Shown: positions 38,996-53,178 of the stretch, in pieces
Numbering within the stretch: the first letter of the stretch is position 1
How the letters are laid out: every line of letters begins with the position of its first letter
Source: Scyliorhinus canicula
Lineage: Eukaryota
Direction: 5' to 3'
NCBI RefSeq assembly: GCF_902713615.1
Contig: NC_052150.1
Coordinates: 188,598,117-188,662,116 of the forward strand
DNA length: 64,000 nucleotides
Notes under the pieces: model-generated
The model's input: only the letters and a program-made list of their open reading frames with translations
Databases searched by the model: none
What the model was told of the DNA's origin: nothing
Translations under genes and position numbers: made by a program

Positions 38996-40403
38996 GCCCA
39001 AAATAATTTCCTGACTAGAATTTCGTTTCACCGTCCGTATTCCTTTACACATTTTTCTTTTTGTGGAAAAACATGTTTCAATACACAAATTTTTGATGTT
39101 TGGTCAACATTCCATCCAAATAAAGTCAAAGTGATGTGGAGGTGAATATTAAGATAGCTTCACATTATGTCCACTTCTACCAATGTTAACTACATTAATT
39201 GTTTATGCAAAAATACTCAAAAACGGAGATAAAATAATTTAGTAGTCTTAGAATCATTTTTTTAAATAACCAGCTGATCTTAAAATGGCGTACAGATATC
39301 AAGGCCTACGCTTCCCCGTTAAACTCTTTCAAACAGTTTATACAGCGATAACTAATTCGAAGAGTTCAGGTAAAATTGTGTAAAAGCAAAACTAAAGTAG
39401 TGCTACAAAATCTGATGGTTATGTGTGACCTTATAAGCAGTCTATTATCTATAAGATACAGGACTCTGCGCAGGAAATTAAGTTTTGGGCATTCTCCGGT
39501 GGGTAGACTAAACTTTCTAAATAATGAATCATTATAAAATCAACAGATTTATGCTAGTTAGTAAAACAAACTGCTTGCAGAGAAGTCAGGTTTTTAATTA
39601 CACTGTCAGCCAACATCCAAAACCTAGTTTTTCTAGAAAAAGAGTTAGGAACAGAAGGCAAGAGATTATTGGGTATCAGTTGTTGCTTTTATACAATACA
39701 AAAATACCTGCATACCCTCGCACAATGTTATAAATTATTCAATATTTAACATTTTCAGCATCAATACCATTATTTAAAAATCAAATGATACTGGGCAGAC
39801 TATTATGACTAAAGTGAGCTAGGATGGCATTCAATAAATGCCAGTGAAATGTTTCTCAAAATAATGTACGCCAAGCCTATATAACTGAGCAAGAGTGAAA
39901 TATATATTACATAGTGGTTTCACTCTCAATGAGTATTGGTAACATCCACCTTCATTTGCAAGGAACCAACTCAAATAATGCAGATTGAGCTTACCCACAC
40001 CAATCTGTGATAGTGATAGTGTCTAGAATCAAAAATCCAATAAAAAAACATTTATTTTTAAAATGAGATAGTGTCTAGAATAAGTAGATAATTCACTGAG
40101 CAGTGGGAACAACTCTCCAGTCATAAAAAACTGCCACTCCGCCAGTGGTCATAGCAGGAGGAAAAATTAAAAGGAAACGAGCAGAAAAGTAGAACAGGGA
40201 GAGATGACTAATGCCAGTATCGACAACTATTATGAAATCCATACTTTGTTGAGAATGGAGGTCAGGAACCTCAACTTCCGATGTATCTCAAGCTTTTGCG
40301 CACCCCCATCCATGAGCGGGCTGTACATGCAGTTTTGCATTTTATTTGGTGTTCTTTGGGTCCAGTGCACAGATCTGAAGAAAGCATGCCACATAAACCC
40401 AGA

Positions 40404-41192
40404 TGTGACCGGGAGCACCATTGAGAACAAATCTCCCAGGCAGGGGATGGGGCCCAAAAGAGAGTCCCAGAGAGGGGACAGGAGTGAGAAGTGGTCCTAG
40501 TTCAGTTAAAGAGAGAGAAGAAAAACTGGCTCCAAACAGAAAGGGCTGCAAAGAGCAGACTATACGCGAAGAAGGCAACTGCAAGTTGTTGACTTCATGC
40601 TGCAGACAAAGAGCAGTTGTGTTCTGCTCAGCAAGGCCAATGAGCTGAAGTTTTGTTCGCAAGCTGGTGCTCGAGTATATACTTGGGAATCCAGGGGAAT
40701 GGAATCTCAGGAGACAAGATGGAAACCCTGCGATGTGGCCCATTGTTGATGCAGTCCAAGTTGGAGCAGGTTGTGCAGAAAATTTCAGGTTAGAGCTTCA
40801 AGAAGGTAAAGATAGATATACCTCCTAGTCAGAAAGACGAAATTTCAGAGATTGGTTGACTTGTTACTGACATCTGGGTGGGCTGTTGAGAAATCCACGG
40901 ACTCGGTTTTGGTTGCATTTGACATTTGTGCAAAGTGGTATGTTTGACCAGTTTGTCTGTTAATTCAATGCACCTCATCTTAACCCTGAATGTTAGAGTA
41001 CAAGATAAATAATGTAAATTATTTTGTCTTTTTGACCTTGTATAGTAAAGTTCATTTTTGTTTGTTCAAAACTTGTGGAATCTTGTGGCTTTATTCTCTT
41101 ATTTAAATCTCAGACCTTACCTACTTTAAACAACACCTTTATTGGTCCCCAATAGATTACCAAAACTTAGGGGTGTGGTCTAACATCATAAT
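40404..41192 (+). mobile_element. Possible solo LTR
   Basis: Starts TGTGA, ends ...atcataat; AGTAAA-type signal followed by T-rich U5-like tract; no TSD or internal ORF found. Confidence 0.35.
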
Positions 41193-41810
41193 ATTTCAAT
41201 TTAGATAAACTGTTTCTTTCCTACAGTAAAGCAATTATTTTGTGTGGCAGCAATCTTTAGTTGTGTACAGAAATGTAAAATTTTTCCAATGGCAAAAAAA
41301 ATAAGGCTCCAAGAAGAATTGTTGGCAGATGACCCAGTTCTGAAGAAAATTGGAATGATGTGAGTGACAGTAAAAAGCCTCACATCAATGATTACAGAAA
41401 GTTCTTCAGGAATAAAGTATACACTACTCTGACCACATAGCAAAGAAATTGTGACAGGGTAGCACAATTGCATTTGGCCAAACACCAAATCTCAGAAAAA
41501 TAAGAGTAACAGAAAGCATGATTTAACTCCATCTTGCAGTTGGAATTTCACGATGCACCTCAGAAGTTAACTTTTTTTTTAATATAAAACAATTTAAAAT
41601 ATTTAAAGAATATTGGCCATCATCTTTAAATCTACAAAGCTATAGCCACACAACTTCTGCAACTGTGCCGAGGACTTCAACTGAATTTTATTTGGCAACG
41701 CCACTTCCAAATGTATAATTCATGTACAAAAGGAAATCCCCAGTGAGTGATATAAAGCTCAAATTACCAATTCATCATTATAAACACTACTTATATCAGA
41801 AAACTCTTAC

Positions 41811-41859
41811 CATCTAAAAGATCCCTAATCTTGTCCATGTAAATTTCAAAATATGAAAC
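41811..41859 (-). CDS. KIF5B: KIF5B exon 5 (VSYFEIYMDKIRDLLD), 49 nt
   Basis: cag acceptor, gtaaga donor; SYFEIY motif. Confidence 0.96.
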
Positions 41860-42340
41860 CTGGAAGATACAAGTTAAATGACAGCAGTTAATCTCAAAGA
41901 ACATGGTAATGTTCATTAAAATAAGAGATGGTCTCAGAAATTCTTTAACAGTTATATTACTCGTCTAATATTCCAGCAAATGCAAACAAATCCCAAAGCA
42001 GCTGTTTTGAGGATTTTTTTAAAAATGTCTGCAAACAAAACAAGTGAAACCAGTAAAAGGTGATGGTTGTTGCCAATGGATTTTAAAAAATGCAACTGGT
42101 TCACTATTGCCCTTCAGGGATGGAAACCTTTCGTTCTTATATGGTCTGGCCAATACATAACTCAATTACTCTCTAAAAGTGACCCAAGCAAGTTACTCAC
42201 GTGTATCAAAGCACTACATGGACAGTGGTTGAAGAAAAAGTTGCAACATGACCTTCAAGGACAACTAAGGATAAGCACTGAATAGCAGCCTTGCCAGTGA
42301 CAGCCACATCCACTAAATTTGCTTCAAAAGGCACTTTTAC

Positions 42341-42445
42341 CTTGATGTGGAATTCCAAATTTTCATCCATGGAGTAAATGTAATTAAAAATATCTTGGGA
42401 TATCCTGGGAATTATTCCCATACAATCAGGATCATGAAGTGTTCC
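42341..42445 (-). CDS. KIF5B: KIF5B exon 4 ([35 protein letters not shown]), 105 nt
   Basis: cag acceptor, gtaaaa donor; GIIPR motif. Confidence 0.97.
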
Positions 42446-42783
42446 CTGTAAGTAGAAATACAATGATATTATAAATGACAATCAGACATACAGTCCCTTA
42501 AGCCAAACAAGTTAACTGTTGCATTCTGAATAAATAAGTTAACTGTTGATTTCAGCAGGAGGGAGGAAAAGCTCAGCTTTTATAGCCCAGTATTTCTACT
42601 GCTCTGCAAATAAATCTGCAACAACTGGTCCTGAATCACTGTCGTAAAGCAAAACGTTTCAACACTTAGACAACTCTAGGGGTAAAAACCCAAGTTATGT
42701 AGGTGGAGGTCTTTTTATATCTTTGGAAATAGATTTCAGCAGCCAAAGCCCAGTGCCCATGCCAGCAGTATTCAATTTGTTCA

Positions 42784-43870
<1,087 letters not shown>

Positions 43871-44896
43871 TAAAATAGGCTCTTCCAATGGGCCTCAAAT
43901 TCTGCATGAAAAGGCATCATAGATGTACACTTTGACTGTGATCTTGTGCATCCCCACTTTTTGCTATCTATCACTGCTAGCTATGCCTTCAATCACCCAG
44001 TCTCACTAAATTTTCCTCCTTAAATCCCCTAGCAACTCTAGTTCCATCGATTTGTTAAAATCTACACTTTAGGTTACACCCCTGGCTTCATACTCATTTT
44101 CCCCCAAATGCTTCTAAAAAGAGCCGTGGGACATTTTTCTACAAAAGGCTCGATTCAAATGCAATTTGTTGAAGTAATATGCAAAATGGACTGGTCCTAT
44201 GATGTGATGCACTTTGAATTCCAAAACATGTTTGACGAAGCCTGCAAAAAGAAACTACAACTAAAGCTTTAAGCAGTGGGGATTCAAGGCAACAACCAGG
44301 GATAGGAAATTAGCAAAAGAACTGGACACACGAGTGTTTGTTAACTGAATGATGGCATGGGTGGGGTAGGGGCATACTGGAGTAGAGGACCAGAGGGATG
44401 GTATACAGAGTTCTGACAATTTCTGATCTTAATTAATAATTTGGATTCCGCAACTCAATGCAAATTTATATTTGAAAATCATGACATTTGCAAACTAGGA
44501 ATGACCGCTGAATCGATGGAAGCATAGCAGAAATTTCACATTTTTTCATTTGTTCATGGGATGTGGGGTTCACTGGCAAGAGCAATTGCCCATCCCAAAT
44601 GCCCTTGAGAAGGTGGTGGAGGAACATTTTCTTGAACTGTAGTATAGTTTGCATTGATTCCCCCAGGTTTCAGGATTTTGAACCGTTGAAGATGAAGGGG
44701 TGGTTATATATTTCCTAGTTAGTATCACAAGTGACTCGGAGGGGGAAACTTGCAGGTGACCGTGTTCCCACATACACATTGCTCTTGTTCGACTAGGCAG
44801 TGGAAGTCATGAGATGGTAGGATGCTGCCAAAGAAGCCTCGGCAAATTGCTGCAAAGCATCTTATAGATGGATGACATAGGTTCAGATTCACCAAT

Positions 44897-45208
44897 TGGA
44901 CAGCACGGTAGCACAGTGATTAGCACAGCTGCTTCACAGCTCCAGGGTCCCAGGTTCGATTCCCGGCTTGGGTCACTGTGCAGAGTCTGCACGTTCTCCC
45001 CGTATCTTTGTGGGTTTCCTCTGGGTGCTCTGGTTTCCTCCCACAGTCCAAAGATGTGCAGATTAGGTGATTGGCTATGCTAAATTGCCCGTAGGTTATG
45101 AGTTAACGGAGATAGGGTGGAGGTGTGGGCTTAATTGGGATGATCTTTCCAAGGGCTGGTGCAGACTCGATGGGCTGAATGGCCTTCTTCTGCACTGCAA
45201 ATTCTATT
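44897..45208 (+). mobile_element. HE1-type V-SINE with CR1-derived tail
   Basis: ggacagcacggtagcacagtg...gggctgaatggccttcttctgcactgcaaattctat. Confidence 0.9.
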
Positions 45209-46741
45209 CCATGTAATCGCAATGGCCAAATGCTAAGTAGCAGTGGTTAGACTCTGTCTGGTACTTGTACGGTGCAAATGTTACTTGCCACTTATCAGCC
45301 CAAGCCCGAACACTGTCCATATCTTGCTGCAGTTCAGAGTGAAACTGCAGCAAATCTCTTCACTTTATGATAGAAGGAGGTCATTGATAGAGCAGCTACA
45401 ATGATTTGGCCTTGGACACTGCACTGAGGGACTCCTACGGAAATGCTCTTGGGCTGAGGGGATTGGCATCCAACCAACAATCATTTTGGTTGCGCTGGGT
45501 ATGACACCAAACAATGCAAAGTACCTGTCCCGATTCACATGGCCTTCAATTCTCAGGTTCCTTGACGCCATTGAGGCAGTCACCCCATCTCATCTCTGGA
45601 ATTCAGCTCTGACATGTTTAGATCAAGGTTCTAATGAGGTTTGGAGCCGATGGCCTGGGCGAAACCAGAACGGAGTATCTAAATGAATTACTGGTGAGTA
45701 AGTGATGTTTGATAGCAACTTCCGGTGGCGTCCATGGAGTGAAAGCTCCCGCTCATGGTGGTCGTTTTGTGGCTTTTACGACGGATGGTTGTAGGAATTT
45801 TGTGAAGTAAGGGTGTAGAAGCAGGAACAGAAGGAGGGGACCCCTAGTTTATGGAGCTGCGCCCCAGGAAATATCGGAAAAGGAGGAATCAGAAGTTGGT
45901 AGCGAGCGAGGACCAGATTTTGAGTGTGGCAATGGCAGATGCGCAGGGTTTGGCCCCGCCAGCTCAGTGGTCGACGGACCAGTTGATGAGATTCTTGAAT
46001 GAGAAGTTCTCCCAACAATGTAAGGAGCGTGCGGAAGACCTGGCCCAGGCGGTGGGCTCGATTAGGGCAGTGGTTGACCACGTGGAGGCGAGACTGACGA
46101 CCCACGGACAGGCGATCCAGAGGTTGGAGGAGCAGGAAGGGGAGCACGAGGAGCAGTCCACCTCGATGGCAGCGGATGTCAGGAGACTGCATGACCAGCA
46201 GAAGCGATTGCTGGAGAAGGTGGAGGACCTGGAGAACCATTCTCGGAGGCAGAACATCCGGATCGTGGGTCTGCCCGAGGAGAAAGGAGGATCGGATGAT
46301 GGTGTGCATGTAGGAAACATGCTGGAGAGGCTGATGGGGGAAGGTTCGTTCGCCAAGCCATTGCAGGTGGACCAGGCCTACATGGCACTTATGCGAAAGT
46401 CCCAGGGTGTGAGCCCCTGAGGGTGATGGTGGTACGACTGCATCTGTTCCTAGACAAGGAACTTATTAGGAGATGGGTCAGGAAGACGAGGCGGTGTATG
46501 CGGGAAGATGCTGAGATCAGAGTGCACCAGGACTTGGGAGCAGAACTCGCAAAGAGGAGGGCGAGTTTCGACAAGGTCATGTCCACCCTGTATGCAAAAG
46601 GAATAACGTTTGGACTGCTTTACCCAGCCCGTCTATGGGTGACCTATGAGGGTCGGGAATTGTACTTTGGCTCGCCGGAGCACGTGGTGAAATTTATGGA
46701 AGACAATAAGCTGATGGGAGAATGAAGACCTTGAGCTTTAG

Positions 46742-47267
46742 AACAAAGAACATTACAGCGCAGTACAGGCCCTTCGGCCCTCGATGTTGCGCCGACCCGT
46801 GAATACATTCTAAAGCCCATCTACACTATTCCATTATCATCGTATGTTTATCCAATGACCATTTGAATGCCCTTAGTGTTGGCGAGTCCACTACTGTTGC
46901 AGGCAGGGCATTCCACGCCCTTACTACTCTCGGAGTAAAGAACCTACCTCTGACATCTGTCCTATATCTATCTCCCCTCAATTTAAAGCTATGTCCCCCT
47001 CGTGCGAGACATCACCATCCGAGGAAAAAGGCTCTCGCTGTCCACCCTATCTAATCCTCTGATCATCTTGTATGCCTCAATTAAGTCACCTCTTAACCTT
47101 CTTCTCTAACGAAAACAGCCTCAAGTCCCTCAGCCTTCCCTGATAATATCTTCCCTCCATACCAGGCAACATCCTGGTAAATCTCCTCTGCACCCTTTCC
47201 AATGCTTCCACATCCCTCCTATAATGCAGCGACCAGAATTGCACGCAATACTCTAAATGCGGCCGCA
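46742..47267 (-). mobile_element. Young CR1 3' fragment in the L1 inter-ORF spacer
   Basis: RPHLEYCVQFWS...; highly similar to 25543-26157. Confidence 0.9.
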
Positions 47268-47617
47268 CTGTGACTGCGGGGAACTGAGATATGAGCTACG
47301 TTCTGTAAAACTTTAAACTTTCAACGTTCAATTTGCGATGTTCGAAATGATGTTTGAGGCTTTGTATATATATTTTCTTTTTCCGTTTTTCATTCGGTTC
47401 GGTGTGGGGTCAGCTGAATAGATAATACTTTGTTACGGGAGGAGAGGTGGACCTTTGTGCTCAGACCTTGGGAGGGATTGTTTGTTTGTTCTTGCTTCTT
47501 GCCATTGTTTTGAAAGTTTGCATTAAGAGCAGGAGGGAGGGAAACCAATGGGGGGGTAGGATGATAGGCACTGAGTCTGCCAGGCTAGCTGGGAGGGTTA
47601 GTTCACAGAAGCAACGT

Positions 47618-47656
<39 letters not shown>

Positions 47657-48780
47657 GAGCAGAAGACCAACGTAAAGGGAGGGGGGGGGGGTTAGACTGC
47701 TGATGGGGAGAGGAATTTTAAGGCAGTAGAGGAGAAGAGTTGATGAAGGTAGCTGCCAGAGGGCGGGCCAGGTGAGGTGTGGGGCACGGGCCAAGGGCTG
47801 GCCTATGAGAGGCTATGGCTGATCGACAGGGGGTAGGGTGCCCCTGGACCAGGTTGGTCACGTGGAATGTTCGTGGACTGAATGGGCCGGTCAAAAGAGC
47901 TTGGGAGGCCCAATCGGGCATGGGGAGGTGATAGACTGACTGGGGGTGATGCAATCGGGTACGGCTCCGGGACCTGATGGATACCAGGTAACGTTTTACA
48001 AAAAGTTCTCCCGGTTGCTGGGGCTGCTCCTAGTACAGGTTTTTAATGAGTCCAAGGAGCTGGGGGTGCTCCCCCCACAAACGCTATCGCAGGCTTCGAT
48101 TTTCCTTATTTTGAAGCAGGATAAGGATCCAGAGAGCTGTGGATCATATAAGCCGATCTCTCTTTTGAATGTAGATGCGAAGTTGCTGACAAAGATCTTG
48201 GCCACATAGAGGACTGTATCCCGGGGGTAATAGGGGAGGACCAGACGAGATTTGCGAAGGGATGGCAATTGACGTCCAACATTAGACGGCTCCTAAATGT
48301 TATAATGATGCCAGCGGAGAGGTGCGAGGTAGAGGTGGTAGTATCCATGGATGCAGAAAAGGCCTTTGATCGGGTGGAGTGGAAGTACTTGTGGGATATC
48401 CTAGGAAGGTTTGGGTTAAGGCAGGGATTTGTGGATTGGGTCCGGTTGCTAGAACAGGCACCGGTGGTGAATGTAAAGCCAAACGGGTCCGGTCAGAATA
48501 CTTTAGTTTGTGTAGGGGGACAAGACAGGGATGTCCACTCTCCCCACTGCTGTTTTCCCTGACCTTAGAACCCTTGTCAATGGTCCTTAGGTCTTCGAAC
48601 GTCTGGCGGGGGATAGTGAAGGGGGGGGGGGGGGGGGGAGCATAGGGTCTCTTGCTCTATGCGGACAATTTGCTCCTTTACATAACAGACCCGTTGCCGG
48701 GGGGGGGATGACTGGAATTATGGAGATATTGGAAGAATTTGGTCGGTTCTCAGGCTACAAGTTAAATATGGGTAAGAGCG

Positions 48781-49770
48781 GACGGCAGGCAGGAGGCGGC
48801 CGCGCAACGGAGGGCTCCCGATCGGGAACGGCATTTTCGGGACTTTAAGCCCGGTCCCAGGGTCCATGGAGGCGCCAAAGGCACGGAGAAGGTGCAGAGG
48901 AGGCACAGCAGAAGATGATATCAAGGGTCGGTAAGAAAACGGCCGTTAAAAAAGCAGCTGAGGGCCCGTTGGGGAAAGGCAAAGTCACCACGGGGTCACC
49001 AGGGAAAAAGGAGGCTGGAGCACCAGGGGAGGCCGCATTGCTGAAGGCTGAAGAAATAACCACGGTGATGGCTGCAGAATTCAAAAGGCAGTTCACAAAA
49101 CACCTGGAGGCGATGAGGAAGGTTGTGTGTGTGCTGGTGGAGGAGGCGATTTCCCCGGTGGCGACGGCGGGTGCAGTGGCGGAGGTGCGGGCGCAAGGGG
49201 AGGCACTGAAGGAAGTGGAGGAGACGGTGTTGCAGCACGGTGATCAGCTTAGCTCGATGGGGAAGGAGATGCGGAAGGTTTAAACCGGCCAGTGAACGGG
49301 AGTGAGGTGGGGGGAGGGGCTGCGGCCATCGGAGCCTGGCAGCACAGGGTCCGAGTGGTCTTGCCGGAGTGGAAAGTTTGGGGGGGGGGGGGGGGGGAGA
49401 GAGGAGTTTTATGAGAGGCAGTGGGCGGGAGGGGAGGGTTTACAACTCTTGAGTATCACATACGGTACTCTTTCAGAGGTTGGACGGCGTTGTGTGTGCG
49501 TGCGTGTGCGCGCATGCGTGTGGGGAGGGAGAGTGGATTTTATGGTGACCATGGGCGGTGCCAGACTCCTTTCTCTTTTGTTTCCACCGTGGGAGGGTTT
49601 GTTTTATTGGATGCATATATTGGCAGATGGGCCGTTGTTTGGGCGGTGGGAGGATGGGATCGTTGTTATTGTTAAGGGGATTGACTTTGCATTTGTTACC
49701 GTTTACTGTTTGGGGGTGGGGTGTGAATGTGAGGAAAATGTGAAAATGGAGAATAAAAACATTAAAAAAA
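48781..49770 (+). mobile_element. ORF1-only (HAL1-like) non-autonomous L1 derivative nested in L1 ORF2
   Basis: 17-bp TSD aaatatgggt(a/t)agagcg at 48764-48780 and 49771-49787; CpG-rich 5' UTR, 122-aa coiled-coil ORF1 start, non-coding 3' region, AATAAA plus A tail, no ORF2. Confidence 0.78.
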
Positions 49771-50740
49771 AAATATGGGTTAGAGCGATCCAGATACGAG
49801 GGCAGGAGAGAAGACTGAGGGAGTTACCGTTTAAAATGGTGGGGAAGAGTTTTAGGTACCTGGGGATGCAGGTGGCTAGGGACTGGGGTCAGCTCCACAA
49901 GTTAAATCTGGGCAGGGTGGTCGAGCAAACAAAAGGAGATTTCCGTAGGTGGGACATGCTCCTGCTGTCATTGGCAAGGAGGGTACAGACTGTGAAGATG
50001 ACAGTCCTCCAGAGGTTGCTGTTTGTTTTTCCAATATCTTCCAATTTTAAAACCCAAGGCTTTTTTCAGGAAGATGAACACAGCAATCTTGGGTTTTGTA
50101 TGGGGCTGGTAAGACCGAGGGTGAAGGTGGTACTTTTCGAACAGTGGCACGGTTTGTTCCGGAGGACTGGACGGGGGCTTTAGGAGGTGGCAGTGGGCAG
50201 GGATTGAGAGATTTGGGGATCTCTTCATTGAGGAGGGCTTCCTGAGCCTGGAGGCATTAGACAAGTAATTTGAGTTGCCGGGTGGGAAAGGGTTTCGGTA
50301 CCTGCAGGTACTGGACTTTGTCCGGAGGCAGGTTCCAAGCTTTCCTCGCCTCCCTCCAAGGGGACTACAGGATAAGGTGATGTCAAAAACTGGGGTTGGC
50401 GAGGGGAGGGTTTCGGAGATATACAAGGAGTTGATGGAGTGGGAAAGGGTCCCTATCGGGGCGGTGACGAGGAAGTGGAAGTTGGACTATAGGAAAAGGC
50501 CTTGAAGAGAGTCAATTCATCCTCGTCGTGCGCCAGGCTTAGCCTCATCCAGTTCAAGGTGGTTCATAGGGCTCATGACTGTGGCCCGGATGAGTAGGTT
50601 TTTTTTGAGGACATGGAGGATAGGCACGGGCAGTGTCGGGGTAATCCAGCGAACCACTTGTACATGTTCTGGGCATGTCCGAAGTCAAGAGGATTCTGGC
50701 AGGGATTTGCGGACGTCATGTCAGAGGTCCTGGAAGGGAT

Positions 50741-50742
<2 letters not shown>

Positions 50743-50779
<37 letters not shown>
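50743..50779. repeat. (GT)n microsatellite
   Basis: Direct read. Confidence 0.95.
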
Positions 50780-50780
<1 letters not shown>

Positions 50781-51901
50781 TGGGAGGGAGGGACTTGGAG
50801 CCTCCAAAGTCAGGAGTGTGGGTTAGTGGGCAGGGTTTCTCAGGCTGGAAAAGATTTAGTTTCCCTTGAGGTTCACTTCAGGGGCTTGCTCCGAGATGGC
50901 AGCCTTTCATCAACTTTTTTTTTTTAAGGAAAACTAAACATCAGCAGAAAGGGAGAGAGAGAGGGGGAAAGAGAAAGAAAAATGAGAGTCACGGCAGTGT
51001 AAAATAAGAGACAGGGAATCTAATATATGGATAGTTAGGAGCTAGGGCGGGGGGGTAGTTGGTTATGTTATTGTAATATTGTTGCATATGTCGCGCCGGT
51101 AGGCTGTTTAGAATGTCAATTTGTTAAACTGAAAATTAAATGCTTCAATAAAATGTTTTCTAAAAAAATAAGTGATGTTTGATAGCACTGTTTACCTTTT
51201 TCATCATTTAGCTGATGATAGTGGATTGATTGAATGGATTAGACATGGATTAGACATATCTAGGCACTTTTCTGTTGGACAAATGTCAGTGATGCAGCTG
51301 TACAGGAATAGTTTGGTTAAAGGCATGGGTAGATCAGGAGCACGTGCTTTCAGCACATCAATGTAGATGCTTTCAGGGCCCATAAGTTTTGTTGTACTCA
51401 GCTCTTTCTTGATATAGACTGGCATCTGTTATGGTGCGGACCATACGAGGCGGCCAAAATGGATCATCTATTCAATTTTTCTGGTAGAAGATGTGTACAG
51501 CTACGTACAGCAGACACGCAGAGGCTGCCTCCTCCTCTGGTTAGTTGCTCAAGTGCCACAATCATTCATATGGGAGGACTATATAGCATTGATCTAATCA
51601 AATGGATGTGGGTTTGCTTAGCTCTCTACAATATTGCTGTGCATGTTTGTAACTTCACCAGGTTGTCTGGGATGATGGTTGAAAGATGCAATTTTGTGAG
51701 TATGACTGAATCAGGCTGTTGCTCGACAGTGCACAATTTTGGCACAACTCCCCAGGTGTTAGCAAAGATTGCAGGGCTGGCTGGATTTAATCTTTCTTGG
51801 ATCAGGTCCAGCGCCAAGGTCAATGCTGGGTAATCCATGTCCAAATACAGCAAGACCTAGACAAAATCCAGGCTTGGACTGACAAGCAACAAGTAACATT
51901 T

Positions 51902-52222
51902 CATAGAATTTACAGTGCAGAAGGAGGTCATTCAGCCCATCGAGCCCGCACCAGCCCTTGGAAAGAGCACCCCACCCAAGCGCACAACCCAGTAACCCCA
52001 CCCAGTGTTCTTTTGTGGACACTAAGGGCAATTTACAATGGCCAATCCACCTAAATGGCACATCTTTCGACTGTGGGAGGAAACCAGAGCATCCGGAGGA
52101 AACCCACACAGACATGGGGAGAAAGTGCAAACTTCAAACAGACAGTGACCCAAGCCGGGAATCGAACCTGGGACCCTGGAGCTGTGAAGCAACTTTGCTA
52201 ACCACTGTGCTACCATGTTGCC
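51902..52222 (-). mobile_element. HE1-type V-SINE with CR1-derived tail
   Basis: catagaatttacagtgcagaaggagg...accactgtgctaccatgttgcc. Confidence 0.9.
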
Positions 52223-52304
52223 ACACAAATGCCAGGCACTGACCAGGAGTTTCTCAGAGCATCTAGGCCTAACCATCTTCAACTGCTTCATCAATGATCT
52301 TCTC

Positions 52305-52530
52305 AGGCAGCGTGGTGGCGCAGTGGGTTAGCCCTGCTTCCTCACGGCGCCGAGATCCCAGGTTCGATCCCAGATCTGGGTCACTGTCCGTGTGGAGTTT
52401 GCACATTCTCCCAGTGTTTGCGTGGGTTTCGCCCCCACAACCCAAAGATGTGCAAAGTAGGTGGATTGGCCACACTAAATTGCCCCTTAATTGGAAAAAA
52501 TGAATTGGGTACTCTAAAATTTTTTAAAAA
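52305..52530 (+). mobile_element. V-SINE A-rich-tail subtype
   Basis: Full head; flanking repeat caatgatcttc/caatgacctct. Confidence 0.9.
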
Positions 52531-52807
52531 CAATGACCTCTCCATCAGAAGGTCAGAAGTGAGGATGTTCACTGATTGCACAATGTCGTGTGTCGTTTGT
52601 GACTACATGCCCCTCAGATAAAGAAGCAATCCATGTCCAAATGCAGCAAGGACTGGGCATTATCCAGGCTTCAGCTGACAAATGGCACAGGGCATCAGCA
52701 CCACACAAATGCTAGGCAATGATTACCTCCAACAAGAGAATATAACCATCGCCTCGTGATATTTAATGGTAACCATCGTCGAATCCTCCACTCTCCAACA
52801 TCCTAGG

Positions 52808-53073
52808 CGCTATCATGGTAGCAGTGGTTAGCATCGTTACTTTACAGCGCCAGGGTCCCGGGTTAGATTCTCGCTTGGGTCATTGTCTGTGCAGAGTCTG
52901 CATGGGTTTCCTCCCACAAGTCCCAAAAGGCGTGCTTCTTAGGTGAATTGAACATTCTGAATGCTCCCTCTGTGAACCCGAACAGGCGTCGGAATGTGGC
53001 GACTAAGGGATTTTCACAGTAACTTCACTGCAGTGTTAATGTAAGCCTACTTGTGACTAATGAAGATTATTAT
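52808..53073 (+). mobile_element. V-SINE head with third tail type
   Basis: HE1-like head followed by cccgaacaggcgtcggaatgtggcgact...cagtaacttcactgcagtgttaatgtaagcctacttgtgactaat(att)n. Confidence 0.82.
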
Positions 53074-53178
53074 TGACTAGAAACTGGATTAGCCATATAA
53101 ATACTGTGGCTGTAAGAGGTCAAAGGCTAAAAATAGAGTAACTCACCCAGATTCCCCAAAGCCTGTCCACCATTTACA

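Larger units (their letters stand above)
45718..51168 (+). mobile_element. L1-clade element with both ends, large ORF2 deletions and two nested insertions
   Basis: 19-bp TSD taagtgatgtttgatagca at 45699-45717 and 51169-51187; ORF1 45851-46725; [36 protein letters not shown]. Confidence 0.92.
44540..51830 (-). mobile_element. Second-family CR1/L2-group LINE split by HE1 SINE and a 5.45-kb L1 composite
   Basis: 3' tail at 44545; INDL/RT and EN-like (EQQPDSVILT) remnants resume exactly across the L1 TSD. Confidence 0.7.

Noticed and set aside
49302-50183. 293-aa ORF
   Set aside because: Chance read-through from the HAL1-like 3' region across the TSD into host L1 ORF2; GTG start, low-complexity N-terminus.
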